Below, piece after piece: positions 12,330 through 26,474 of a DNA stretch of 64,000 bases (positions within the stretch are counted from its first letter, which is position 1; every line of letters starts with the position of its first letter). This DNA comes from Geosiphon pyriformis uo1. Its lineage: Eukaryota; Fungi; Glomeromycota. The notes below the pieces were generated by a model. The model ran no database searches. It saw nothing but the letters and a program-made list of their open reading frames with translations, and was not told the DNA's origin. Location of the stretch: NCBI GenBank assembly GCA_016748015.1, contig JAAOMT010000168.1:43991-107990 (forward strand), given 5' to 3'. Position numbers and translations under genes: made by a program.

Positions 12330-15300
12330 TGTTACTTATAGAAATTAAAAATTATAATAATAAGTAAAATAGCTAATCAGAAATAGACATATTAAAAAAA
12401 AATTTTAAGATTTTTTTTGAAAAATTGCAGAATTTCAGAATTCCAGGATTTCTTTTAAAAAATTTTATATAACATAAATTATATATATATAATGAGAGTT
12501 TTAGAAACAGAAAAAGTATTTAACAGAGATAAAACAGTAGTTAGTAATAATTACTTATCCTATACTTTTCTCTTTAAAAGATAGTTTTTTATAACTTAAA
12601 GCAGAATTATATTAATATTAATAAAATATCTAATTATCATTTAATTTATATTATTATTACTTGATTAAAAATATTAATCACTTTCATACTATTAATATTT
12701 TATATTAATAGAACCTAAGACTTAATTATATTGGACTAATAGTTCTTAATCATGGCTATTGACAGGATATTAATTTTTTATTTTCTTTTTTTCTTTTTTT
12801 TCTTTTTTTTTGTTTTGTTTTTTTGTTGTTTACTAATTAATTAAAGAAATTAAAAACTGAATATTTGATGTTAAAATAGCCTAATAAAAAACTTAAGAAC
12901 AAAAATAGAATTTAAAAATAGCTTACCAAAAGAGCATAATTGTCAGAATAAACTGGTTACTATGCTAAAAAAAAATTCATGAAAAAAACCATCAATTAAA
13001 TCTTTTTTTATTATATAAAGAATTCAACCAAAACCTTTAGATTCTAAAATCTTTAAAAATTACCAACATTTCTAGTTATTAAGCACTAAGTTATAGATTT
13101 ATTATTTGTTTTAATATTTCAATTAATTATCTGTAATATTTAATGCTTTTTGTAAAGTATAATCTAACAAAAAACTAGCATCAACATTAACTATTCAGAA
13201 AAATAGCAAACTAAGAAATTATAAGAAAAAATTATTTAGAATTCACGAAATTTTTATTTCAATATTATTAAATTTACTTTGAATTAACAAATAACTATTG
13301 GTCAACAGAATCAGCTTTTAATTTTTATGTTAATGAAAAAATTAAATTCTACTTAAAAAACCAAGAAAATCCAGAAGCTGTCCTTAGAAATTTCTACAAT
13401 GAACTATTACAAAACACTACACTTCTACCAAATTATCTGTTTACACCACTAATCAAATAAATAAACAGAAAAATTAAGAATTACACTTAACAAAAATTTT
13501 CTATTATCTTTACAGACAAAAAAAAATTACAAACTTTAGCAGAAACATCAAAGAAAATACAACTACCTACTTGAAAGAAACCAAAAGTTATTTTACTTAT
13601 TTATCTGTTATATTATCATATACATATTATCAAAATCTATATCACTATTAATTGGAAAAACATTATTATTTAGAATACTTTTCCAAAATAATTAAGAGAA
13701 AGCCAAATTATTAAAAATCTATGGCAATTTTTTTGAAAAATTTAAATTGTAACCAACAACACCATTAGAACTTTAATTACTGCTATTTTAACCAAATTTC
13801 GAATCTACTAATTATTGAAAAAATACTGAATCAGAAGAAAAAAAGACAATAATTAGAGAAATAATAATCAAAATCTGATTTTAATTAATCCAGAAATTAT
13901 AATTTTGATTGTTCAAATCCAGCCAAATCTAAACAATCCAAATTTTACTTCTATTCTTCAGCAAAACTTTATTTCTAATTATTATGATCAATTCACTAGT
14001 TGTACCAATTGTTCATAAAAACAACAATTTATATTAATAATATATGTACCCATTACCAAACTAAAAAAATTTACCAACAAAAAAAACAATGTCCAAATAT
14101 AACTAAACAATATAAAAAAAATCATTACAGATAACAGATGAGATAATACCAGAGTCTTTTAAACTATTTTTTATTTCTTCCAAAATACTGCCAATTTGTA
14201 GTATTAAAATTTTGTAAACAAATTTCAAGATTTTAATATGTTTAAAACTGCATTTCTATAATACTTTAGCAATAATAATAGTATTAATTATCTGTTAATT
14301 AGTTTTATTACAATTATATAAGATGATTCTAAAGTAGTCACTACTTATTTAGAATGCTTTCACAGGAATTTACACCAAATCCAAGCAATTAACATTGACT
14401 ACTTTATAGTATTACAGATTCTAAATCAATTTATTCATAGATTATGCAGTAATTTATTATAACAAGAACACTTAATATATCTAAATACTTTCCAAAATGC
14501 AGTAATACATGTCAGAGATTTTAAATTAGCTGAACTTGAAGCCAATCATGCTCAAACTATTAACTTAGTAATAAACAGATCATTTGAATTAGATTTTAAG
14601 CTAAAACAATTTAGTGATTTTATCAACCAGAAAATCGAGAAATACTTAGCTAATAATTAAGCAATCTATCAGTTTTTTCAATATTACAACAATCAAAAAA
14701 ACTCTAATTGCTTTCAAAATCCATCACATTTATTATTATTATTATTAAATCAACTATGACAATAAAAAATACATAATTATTACCATTATAATAAACAAAA
14801 CCATCTAAAAGCAGATTGTTACTCTAAATTTAATAACCAATAATTAGAAAATCAATATTAAAATCCTAATCACAAATTTCAAATTCAGAATTATGCCAAC
14901 AATTTGTTATTAGAATTATATTTATATTAGCTATATTATTTTTAAATAATACAACAACTAATATATTTATCTCTAGTATATCAAATTCTAGCACCAATAA
15001 TATATTAGCCACTGCCACAAATCATTTATTAAATCCAACCAATTTAAACACTACCACAAAATCTAACTCAAATAACAACCAAAAACCAAAGACTAAAAAT
15101 CACATATATAACAAAACTAAAGATTAACAATGATTATGCACTAACTAATCTTTAGTTTCTTAAACCAGTCATTAGAATCATGTCAATAAAGTTTAAAAAA
15201 TAGGTACATCCAAAACCCGAATTTTTAGAACTATTTAAGCCTTTTGGTTATTTCAAAAAACAATTTATTTAACAACTTAAAAACTTACTACCAACTTACC

Positions 15301-17163
15301 AACAACATTCTACTAATAACTGTTATAGAAGACAAATTACTATTTATTATTTTCCTATTCAAATTAAAAATCCAATCAGAAATACTGTTATTTAGTAAAG
15401 CTATTTTTAACTCCAAACTAATTACTATTATCTATATTAATGTTAAAGTTAATAACTACTTTATCAGACTAATCTTTAATAGTAAGTCAACAGACAGTAT
15501 TATCATATAATAACTCATAAACCAATTAAATTACCAAGTTGATTATATTGCCAGTGCCAAAATTATTATAGTTGATAAAACAATCAAGATTTTTATTGGC
15601 AAAATTAACAACTTTTCTTTTAAAGTCAATAGTATTATTATGTCTATCAAAGTTTTAGTTATGGAAGTTACACAATATTAAGTTTTTATTGGTAATAACT
15701 GGCTGTTCAAAATTAATGTCATGCTTAATTGGAACACTCAGAAATTACAACTTGGTCAAAAAGATTAGCATATTTGGGCACTAGCTACTTACAGTCACTT
15801 TAAAACAAACACTACCACCTAATTATTATTAATTGAGTTTAAAAAAAGAAAAGCCTATTTAAGAAGTTTATTAAGTTTTATAGGCTGACAATGATTATAA
15901 TGAACTACCACTAATTTTATTCTAAAATGACAAAAAAAAAAGAAAAAAAAAGAACAAATCACAAAGTACTACCTTCACAAAAAAAAAATAATGGTTAACA
16001 TATTTTATACTTATTATAATGATTGTGATTTTATTTATAATCTATTATCATACATAATCTATTCAAATCTTAAAGAGAAAAAACCAATTAGTGAATATGC
16101 CCCAGAATTAGAATTAAAAATCAATTACAATTTAGACTCTAACTATGATAACAACAATAGTTTCAATACTGTTTACAATAAAAACAACAACAATGATCAT
16201 TTAAACTTTGACAAAAACCCCAAACAATATATTGTGTTCCCAAATTTCTTACAAGAGCAAAAACTCAAATGATTTAGCAATAATAATAAGAGTATTATGT
16301 TAGAATACAAATACAGAGTTTAATCTTAGATATTTTAAAAAAACTACTATTAGATTGAAATTTCACTTATATATTAGTATAAATTTAGAAGATTTAAAAG
16401 ATTTCGACAAAGCTTAATATTAAAAAAAAAATTATAATAATAAATAAAATAACCAATCAAAAATAGATATAGTAAAAGAAAAAATTCCAGAATTTCTCTT
16501 AAAAAATTGCAGAATTTCAGAATTTCAGAATTTTTTTTAAGGAATTATAAGATTTCAAAAAATTTTGTATAATATAAATTATATATATATAGTAAAAATA
16601 TTAGAAGCAGAAGAAGTATTCAACAGAAATAAAACAATAGTTAACAATAACTACTTATCCTATACTTCTTTTTTCAAAAGATAGTTTTTTATAACTTAAA
16701 CAGAATTATATTAATATTAATAAAATATCTAATTACTATTCAATCTATATTATTATCACTTAATTAAAAATATTAATTACTTTTATACTATTAACATTCT
16801 ATGTTAATAAAATCTAATACTTAATCATATTTAACTAATAGCTTTTAATTATGGCTATTAATAGAATACTAATTTTTTATTTTTATTATTTATTTTTATT
16901 ATTTTTTTTTGTTTTATTTTTTTGTTGTTTACTAATTGATTAAAAAAATTAAGCACTAAATATTTAACATTAAGAATAGTTTGGTAAAAAACTTGAAAAC
17001 AAGAGTAGAAAATTAAAGATAGCTTATTAAAGAATACAAATGTTAAAATAAACTGATTATCATACTAAAAAAAAAAGTCATAAAAGAAATCATCAATTAA
17101 ATTTCTGTTTATTATACAAAAAACTTAATCAAAACTTTCAAACTCCAAAATTTTCAGAAATTA
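12330..17163 (+). mobile_element. Gypsy family A non-autonomous copy G2: LTR-gag-protease-partial dUTPase-LTR, no RT/RH/INT
   Basis: 5' LTR 12330 (TGTTAC) to 13138 (TGTAATA), decayed PBS. Gag aligns with 58080-59700; CCHC relic ~14780-14820; protease relic LIFNSKSTDSII ~15470. dUTPase N-terminus 16226-16390 is joined to the PPT region. 3' LTR ~16425-17163 has lost its last ~80 bp. Confidence 0.85.
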
Positions 17164-17224
17164 TAAATGTATTAAAATAGCTTTTTAAAAAAGTTGTTTT
17201 GAATTATTGGTTAACAATAATAAA

Positions 17225-17754
17225 CTAATTTTAGAATTTATTAAAATTAAAAACAGAATAAATTTAATTATAAAAAGTTAAACCAAAAAATAGATTGTTA
17301 AAAATATAATTTTTTTAATGATAAAGCTATTTGCTTTTTTGGATTATATTAATAACTAAAATTATAAAATAAATTTATCTTAATAAGTTTTTATTGGTTG
17401 TAAAAAGTTTTTTTAAAAAAAAAGCTGCAGATTTTTTAAAAATTACCAATAAAATATGAAAACATTATAGCAAATTTGNNNNNNNNNNNNNNNNNNNNCT
17501 AATTTTAGAATTTATTAAAATTAAAAACAGAATAAATTTAATTATAAAAAGTTAAACCAAAAAATAGATTGTTAAAAATATAATTTTTTTCAATGATAAA
17601 GCTAGTTTGCTTTTTTGGATTATATTAATAACTAAAATTATAAAATAAATTTATCTTAATAAGTTTTTATTGGTTGTAAAAAGTTTTTTTAAAAAAAAAG
17701 CTGCAGATTTTTTAAAAATTACCAATAAAATATGAAAACATTATAGCAAATTTG
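17225..17754. other. 20-N scaffold gap with a ~254-bp sequence duplicated on both sides (assembly artefact)
   Basis: 17225-17478 is repeated almost identically at 17499-17754 across the N run 17479-17498. Confidence 0.9.
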
Positions 17755-20146
17755 GTTTGGTTTGGTTTTTAAATTTTTAATGCTTAGAAAAACACATAAG
17801 TTTTTATGATCTTAAAACTATATAAATAAAAAAACATTTTAATAAACACTAAATTAATTGTTTTAATTGAAACTACAAAAAATATTTTGTTAAAAATTTT
17901 ATTTGAATAGATTTTACAGCTTGTTAAAAATTTTCTATTTTTAAAAAAATAATAATTTTAGTGTTAAAAAGCATATTAATTTAGATTTTTGTATTTGTAA
18001 TTAGTTTTATTGTTAAAAATATATTAAAAAATAGAGTTAATTTTTTAGGATATATATAAAGCTTATAAATTTGTAAACTAATTACATTTAAAAAATAGTT
18101 TAAAAAAAATTAAAATATGTAACAGATTTATTAAATTTTTTGGGCATATTTACAATATTTATACAAATAAAATTATAATAAATTTTAGATTAATAATAAA
18201 TTATAATTAAAATTAAATTAAAATATTTTTGCTCTTTTTGGAAATTTTTTATAACTTTTTTTGGTGTAAAATAAAAATATAAAACACTTTATAAGTATTA
18301 AGTAGATTCTAAATTTGTTATAAAAACTAATAGGATTAAATTTAATATAAAATTAATGTTTTATTTAGCTATTAGTGTTTTATTAATAATACAACTTAAA
18401 TTGATAACTATTATATGACTATACAAAAAATTTTAAATATAATTAATAAATTTTTTAATGTTATAAACATTTCAATTAACATAAATAAAATAATAACTTT
18501 TTTAATTAATTTAAGAATTAAAAAAGTTTTTTTATATATAGATAAAATTTTTATTATAATTATGAAATTTGATAAAGCTTATTAATATTTAGATATTTTT
18601 TTATTAACAAAAAATCTTTTTATTTTTAGTTTAAAAAAAACTAATACAAACATAAAGTTTTTTTCTATAATATTTTATAAAGTTATTTTTAATAAATAGT
18701 TTTTTTATTTGGTTTTGGCTATATTACAACCTATTATTAATTACAAAATTCGGTTTAGTTTTGTCAATAAAAACATGTATAAAAATAAAATTATTTAATT
18801 AGAAAGATATTAAAATATAAATCTAATTTGTTTAAAAACTTTCTAAGTAAAACTGTTTACATCTTTTATTATATAACCTAAAACTATTTAATTAAGTTTA
18901 AACCAAAAATAAAATTGTTTTAATTATATGTTTTACTAATACTAAAAGCATTTTTAATCAATTTTTTAAACATAAATTATTGGATTTGTAAATATTTAAT
19001 TAAGTCTTTTAAAATTTTTCACAATTTTTAGTTAAATTTAAAATTAACTTTACGAACAATTTTTTCGACAATAAGATTTTTTTGGCTATTAATATGCTTA
19101 ATAGCTTTTACTTTAAACAAAATATTTTAGTATTATTTTTGTTAATAAATTATTAAACAGTTATAAACAGTGTTTTAATTAAAAATTTTTTGCTATTAAA
19201 ATACATAAATTTAAAAAACTTGATTTATTTGTATTTTGAATTTTATTATAAATAATAAATTGGTTAATACTACTATTTATTTTTTTGATGTTAATTTAAG
19301 TATAAGTATTAAAATCTATGATTTATTGTTTTTAACTTTAACTAAAATATAAAATATTGTTTTGGTATTTAAATGTGTTTTATTGTTATTTAATATCATA
19401 GTTTTTTCAAATAATTAAGAATTTTTAAATTTTTATAACTAAATTATTATTAAATATTTTTAATTTTTAAAATTGTTTTTAAATTAAATGTTATCATGTT
19501 AAAAACTTGGTTAATTTAAAAATATTTCTGTAAAATAAGTTAAAATTAAAGATTATTTTTGTATTTTATATAATAAATAAACTAATGTATTAATAGATTA
19601 AATTATGTTATTAAGACTTGTTTTTTCAATAAATATTAATAAAATATTCTTAATAGCAGTTAATTAGATAGTTTTTGGTAATACATATTATTTTATTAAA
19701 TTAGTAAATAATACAGTTAAGTACTTTTTATAAGAAACTGAATTAGGTTTAAAGATATTAATTTTTTTATTTATTGATAATATTAGTTAGTATTTTACTA
19801 TTTTAATTTAATATATTAATTTTTATATGACTGCTAAAACCATAAATAAATCTATTATTAATTTATAAATTTATATAATAAAAACTTTATACAAAAAATA
19901 ACCAATAGTTATTTAAAAATAATTATATAATAATAAATATTTAAGTATATTATATATATATTATAAGAAAATAGAGTTTTTAAATTATGTTTTTATTAAT
20001 AACTTGAATTTGTTTATTTATCAAAAATTGTTAAATAAATAATTTTTTTTTAGAAATTTTTAATTAGTATAAAATTAATAATATTATTAATATTTTAATT
20101 ATTAATTTTAAGTTACTTTGATATTGGTTTGTATATTATTTTGTGT

Positions 20147-21078
20147 TTGTAATATTTTTCATTCTATTTGTTATGTATATTAGAAGATTGGTTTTGGTTC
20201 TAAGTTTTTGGCAAATAGTTTGCTTTTAAATGTTGATTGGCTCAGCTCCTCATTGGTTTGGCAACTTAATTTGCACATAACTACTGGTTTTATTAGCAGA
20301 CTTTCAGCTAATGTGCACACTTATTTCATAAAGACTTTATATTATTGGTTGTTTATTGCTATCTGAAAGCATGTTTATAACAAACTTTATCCTAGTGTTT
20401 TATGTTTATATTGTGATAGTGTAGAAGTGTCTGATTATGTATTTTCTTGTAAAATTGATGACTCTGCTTATTGTTAGATATTAGATGTCCATATAGCTTC
20501 CTAAAAAGTGCTTTCTGGTTTCTCTTCTTTTTTATTATGTGTATTACAGCTTTTGTTATTTTGTGTTTTTGATGTTTCTGTTTTTACAGCTCTTTATAAG
20601 GATTTTGTTTTTGATAGATGGCTTTAGAAGACTATTTCTGTTTTTCATAATTTTAAAATTGCTAGTTTAAGAATTATAAAATTTGTGTATTCTTTTTATC
20701 TTACTTTTAAGAATAATATTTAATTGGTTTATGCTAAATATTATGTCTATATAGAAAAGTATAGATTATTTCTACTTAATAGTTCAGCTTTTGTCTCAGT
20801 TTCTGGTTTGGCTTCAGAGTTTTTGGCTAGTGTAGTCAAGTTGTTTGGCATTGCTGAAGCATTTGGCATTAGTTTTGGTTTTCATAAGTCCTGTTTATTT
20901 TTTTCTGGCATTAGTAACTCTGTTTTAATTTATATAGATGCATAGTATTGTTCTGATTAGCTTAAATAGCTGGTTGCATGTAAAGAGTACATGTTTCACA
21001 TCTAGTTTAAATTATTTTTTTGATGTATAGTTCTAGACAGTGTTTGGATCTCACTTATTAAATAATAATAATAATAAA
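20147..21078 (+). mobile_element. 5'-truncated LINE C (~930 bp of ORF2 3' end, 3' UTR, (AAT)n tail)
   Basis: ORF 20724-20945 is homologous to the ORF2 C-termini of copies D and E. 12-bp TSD ATTATTTTGTGT at 20135-20146 and 21079-21090. Confidence 0.85.
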
Positions 21079-21786
21079 ATTATTTTGTGTAAAAATTTTA
21101 TTTTTGATATTTAGTTAATAAAAACTAAAACAGCTTTTAATAATACCAAGAATATTACATTAAAATTAGTTAAATTAATATGTAATTTGGTTATTAATTA
21201 TGGAAATTATATGTGATTATTTAATTTAAGACTATAAATAAAAATAAAACATAAAAATTTGCTAAATAATAATAGTATAATATATATTAATATTGTAGAT
21301 TTGTTAGCTATAATGTCTTATAATATTATGTATTTGCTAAAAAACATGTTATTAGTTTTAAATTAAGAATTAGTTATGTGTTTTTTATTAATATTAAAAT
21401 TAATATATTTATTAATATAGTTTTATAATATTGTTTTAATCAACCAAATAATTAATTATATATAATAAATATATAATTTACTTTTAATTTAAAATTCTAA
21501 ATAGTTATATTATATTATATAAAAAATAATTTCTATTTATTAATAAAAATAATAATAATTTAAATATATAAAAAAAGTTTAAAATATATTAAAAAAACCA
21601 AATAACATATTATAATAATAATTATTTATTTATTAAATAACCAAAAATAAAAACTATCATTTTTTTTTTCTTTTAATGAGTGAGGTCCAAACATTACCTA
21701 ATACAATACATCATAAGAGATCTAAACTAGACATGAATTATGCATTTTTTATATGTGACCAGCTATTTAGGCCAATCAGAACTACA

Positions 21787-24700
21787 CTAAGCATTTATAA
21801 TAACCAACACAGAATCCCTAATACCTGCAAAAAATAAACAAGATGCATGAAAGCCAGAGCTAATGCCAAAAGCCTTTGCAATACCCAACATCTTTATCAC
21901 CCCCGCAGAGAATAATAAAGAAAGACCACACACTAGGCCAGAAACAGAGCTATCTCTAGGAATCAGGCTACACTTCTCTATTAAAGCACGGTGACTTACA
22001 CAAACCAACCAAATCTCATCCCTAAAAGCAAAACAAAAATTTTGCACAAATTCTATCACCTTTTGACAAGCAATCTTTGAGTCCCTGAAAACTGAAACCA
22101 CTTCCTGAAAACAAAGTTTGAACATAAAGCTCTTACAAAATGCCAAACACAACAAAGTGTCAGAAACACAAGAGAGTATAAGCTGCATAAGTTGTGATGA
22201 TGACCAGGGTAAACCAGAGAGTGCTTCCCAGATAGCCACATATATGTTCAACAGCTGGGCGCAGATAGCAGTATCAGAACCACAAAAGAAAACATGATTG
22301 AAAACTTCGACTTTACCATAATACAAGCATAAAACACTGGAATAAGATCTATTATAAAGGCACTTGCAGACAGCAACAGACAGGCAATGATATAAAGCCT
22401 TCATGAAATAAGTACGAGCATCAGCAGAACATTTACCAGTGGAACTAGTGGCCATATACATATCAGAATACCACACAAAAGAAGACTTATGCCAGTTCAC
22501 ATCACCATGCAAACTGGTGACCAAGATCCTAGAACTCGAACCAATCTCCCATTGAGCACAATAAATACAATAGAAAATATCATAAACAAAATATCTAAAA
22601 TTTTCAGAAACAGTCACACCACCTGCCAAAATATAGCACATATTCACATGCAAAGGAAGAAAATGTTCAGACATAGCAGCAGTCATAGCAAGAGTATCCG
22701 CATGCTCATTATCCAAAACACCAGAATGTCTTTTGACTTTAAACCAACAGATGTTCAGATTTTTATTATGAATCAAGTCATAAATGTAACAGCGTTCTAA
22801 CCAGCATCGATTTTGAAAGTCCGGAACCACCAGACCCAGCTCAGATTTACATGCATCCAAAGCCACCTGACTGTCAGAGAACAAATGAACAGAACTAGAG
22901 GGGGAAACACATTCAAGAGCCAGAGCAATAGCCTGCAATTTTGCCATAGTAAAAAACACCAAACCAAAGACTTCAACACCCAAACCCAAATCAACACTAT
23001 CAAAAAAAACAGCAGCACCAGCCCACATGCCAACAGTACCCAAACCAGCCAAAGAACCATCAGTATAAACCAAAATACTATTAGTACTAACACTAAGCAG
23101 ACAATTGTGAATCATAGCAAAATCAATCAAATCTAGGACATTTCGAGGGGCAACCCCACCAACAGCAGAAGACATAATGGAAACAGGAGCCACCATGTTG
23201 ATAAAAGAAACTGAAAGATCAAACCAGACAGGAACTGGCCTATGTGAGTCCAACTGCTTCCAACATTTAAAGATTGCCCAAGTAAAAGCAGCCCCACTGC
23301 AGTTCTGAAGTTAATCTACAAAAGCAACACCATAACACTGAAGAGACGGAAGACATCTGACAAATCTAGACTCACCAAGAACAGATACCATAAAGATCCC
23401 TTTCTGAAGACGAAAAACATTGGCTCCAATGCCAACTAAATAAAAATTATAATCATGAAATATACAAACCAAGTCTGCCAAAAAATTATTGGAAGCACCA
23501 ACACCAATATGAATAGAGGAACTCAAAAGATGGATTGGACACCAACACAAAACTTGCAAGTCATAAGATCTATAAGCAAACAAATGACCCAAAATACCAA
23601 CTGAATTCACAAAACAAACAATAGACGCCACTTTGTGTTCAGCCTAGATTTGTTTAAAAGTCTTCAAGCCATACAATAAGGGATGATACAATACATTATT
23701 GGGAAAATCCAAAGGCAGACCAGATTTTGATTTCAAACCCTTGCAAATTAAAGTATTCCATTTGTTGCACATATTAGGAAGAACAAAGCTGAACTGAGTT
23801 CTGTAATTCACAATAGAGTGGAGAACTGAAGACACCAAATATGAAAATTGTTTATCAGAGATGGTCTTTTTTAACACAAGATTAGCAAAAAACTTGATGT
23901 TCAAGTGAGTTTTAGCAAGACTGGGCTTAGAAAGGCTCTCAGTGGACAAAAAAATACCCAAATACTGATGAAGTTTCCACTTTTTGGCCACAGATATAGG
24001 CATTCCACTTATCAAAAGAGAAGAATTTACAACCCAGTAGTTAATAAGAATGGCCATGATCTTATCATTGTTAATTGAAATGTCATTAAGCCTGAAAAAT
24101 TTGCTAGCAATATCTAAAATGTGTTGTGTTGCTGCTTAACTACTACCAATCCAGATTGTATCATCCACAAAAGTGCCAGCAGCAAGAAATAAAGTTAATC
24201 TAGCTTGAGATTCCACACAACCAGTCTTAAAAACGAAATAAGAATTCAATCTATACCCACATACATTCTCCTGTTTCTTAACTTCGCACAGAAGAGGATC
24301 ATAAAATATCCACCAAAGGAGAAGTAAGAAAACCTCCCCTTGGTCCAAGTCATTATGCACATGATAACCACTTGTTAATCCAAAATCAGTCATAACCCAG
24401 TTGGTATGGCCACTATGAATACTCCCAAAAAATTGGATAAACTTGCTACACATTTTGATTTTAACCAGACTATTCCTGAAATGTTCCTAACCAACAGAAT
24501 TATAAGCCTTTTGCATGTCCTGCAAAACCAGCCAGAGCTCCCAGTTCTTTTTTATAGTGTCCTCAATCACTGAACCAACCATGAAAATGGGGAACTGAGT
24601 CGTAATACTCTTTAAAACTGAAAAATTGTCACTATAAAGAATGTCATACTTGCTGCATGCCAATGAAATCCTGTCAGAAAGAATTTTGGAGAGAATTTTG

Positions 24701-26474
24701 TAAGCTGTCTCAATCAGAGCTATAGGACAAGTATTAGTGAGCATGTCTTCCCATTTATAAGGCTTAGGAATCATTGAAACTCAAGCCTCCTTCCAAACAC
24801 CAGGAATTGATTCATCAGAAAGACAAAAATTGATGAGCACTAAGAGCATATTAAGAACTAAACCATTACAATGTTTCCAGAGTTCATTGGAGATGTTCGA
24901 AAGACTAGCAGCTTTCTCATCAGGCAGATTGGAAATCACACCAAATAATTCAACAAAACTAATACAGTTCATGACATTGGAAAAGACGCCATTAAAAACA
25001 TGTTCCATAGGCTGATACTGACAAGACCAATCCTCAGGCACATCACGAATCACACCTTGCTTTCATGTCCAACCTTCTATTATCTCATCCACTTTATCTT
25101 TAACATGATCAGGCTCTAAGATTAGCTCTTTACCCACCACCAAATAATCTAAAACAACTTTGCAAAAGAGCCACTCCAAGACACTCCTGATAGTGTGACC
25201 TTTGTTTGACTCAAAGCTCTCCATTCTTCTATTGATAGCAGACCTGATATAAAAATTCTTAACACATTTTGACTCTAACAACTTAGAAGCACGATAAGAT
25301 TTCCTGATCTTTAAAAGAACAAATCATATATCATTCAAAGGAAAGCCTGAGAGAAAAAGAGATTTTACCAACGAAGCATTAACAAAATCAAGCAGAATCT
25401 AAGTTTCCAGTAGTAAAGTGAATACATCATGATTGATCAACTGGGAAGCTTTAACCAATTTAGATACCAGCAGCTCCAATCTATAAAACTTGGACAAGGT
25501 TTTGGTAAAAACACTATCATATTCCTTGAACCATTTTTTTTGAAAACCACATTTGCCAAAAAACACAATGTCTTATGAACAGCATTCCACATAGCATCTA
25601 GATCTGAACACATTTTGGCATTCAAAAAATCATCATAGAGCATGGCAGCATTAACCGCCGTTTCATCCTTAAACTTTGACCATAAAGCATCATCAGCACC
25701 TTTAAAATTGTACTTTCAATGATCCTTATTCACCTGTTTACACAATGAGTTTAATTGCACATCAAGCAAACCACCAAGACTCACAGAAACAAAAACAGCC
25801 TTATGATCAGTATTGAAAAACTTCTCAACACCAGCCATACCACAATCTAAAATCACATTAACTAGATTTGACGACACAAATACATAGTCAATAGTTTTGA
25901 CAACTCCCCGAGAATTGTTCCACGTAGCTTTCTTTTTATATAAGTCCTCACTCAAGGAGTTAACCAAATCTAAATCAAAACATTTTTTGAAACTTGCACT
26001 TTTGTGAGAATCATCTTCATTGAAATTGCCACCCAAGATGATGAAAGAGGACTCATTCACCACTCTTGCAATTAAAGAATTAACATTATCTGCCTGAGAG
26101 AAACAAACTGCCAGAGAAGCTCTAGCATACAGCTCCAAAACTGATACAGAAAGATTATTTTTAAAAAGGAGCCTGAGAGAAAAAAGCTGGCCAGAAATAT
26201 CTAAAATTTTGCATATATGCTGAGCCAAAAAATTGTTCATAATGATTGCAACCTCAGAACCCAGGTGACCAGAATCTAAACCAAAAGTAAAAACCCAAAT
26301 GCCATCAAACTTGCTCATAATCTAAGGATGGATCTTATCTTTCAACTTAGTTTCAGTAATAATCAAAATCACATTGTTCATTTTTTTATGCCAACAAATA
26401 ATATTATCCTGTTTTGCAGGATTGTTCATTCCCCTAATGTTACACGTTGCAACTTTCCAAACCAAACTGTTTAT
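21787..26474 (-). pseudogene. LINE D ORF2: APE endonuclease, RT, RNase H, C-terminal Cys/His knuckle
   Basis: APE WKVATCNIRG, GGNFN, TIDYVF, TDH; RT CPIALIE, QDMQKAYNSV, LDQGEVF, TFVDD; RNase H VYTDGS, AKLQAI, SDSQ, KVKRHSG..NEHAD; C-terminal CLYYGKVEVFNHVFFC. Confidence 0.92.

Larger units (their letters stand above)
7096..21560 (+). mobile_element. Old, extremely AT-decayed LINE L0, interrupted by four later insertions
   Basis: Collinear with the younger LINEs: ORF1 relics ~9600 and ~10580 (IYAKK.VSVS), ORF1/ORF2 junction ~11110, RT relics 17750-18900, RNase H ~19250-19600, decayed 3' UTR 21425-21560. Interrupted at 7277-9590, 9743-9955, 12330-17163 and 20147-21078. Confidence 0.75.

Noticed and set aside
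17225-17754. Near-identical 254-bp direct repeat
   Set aside because: It flanks a 20-N gap exactly; an unmerged contig overlap rather than biology.
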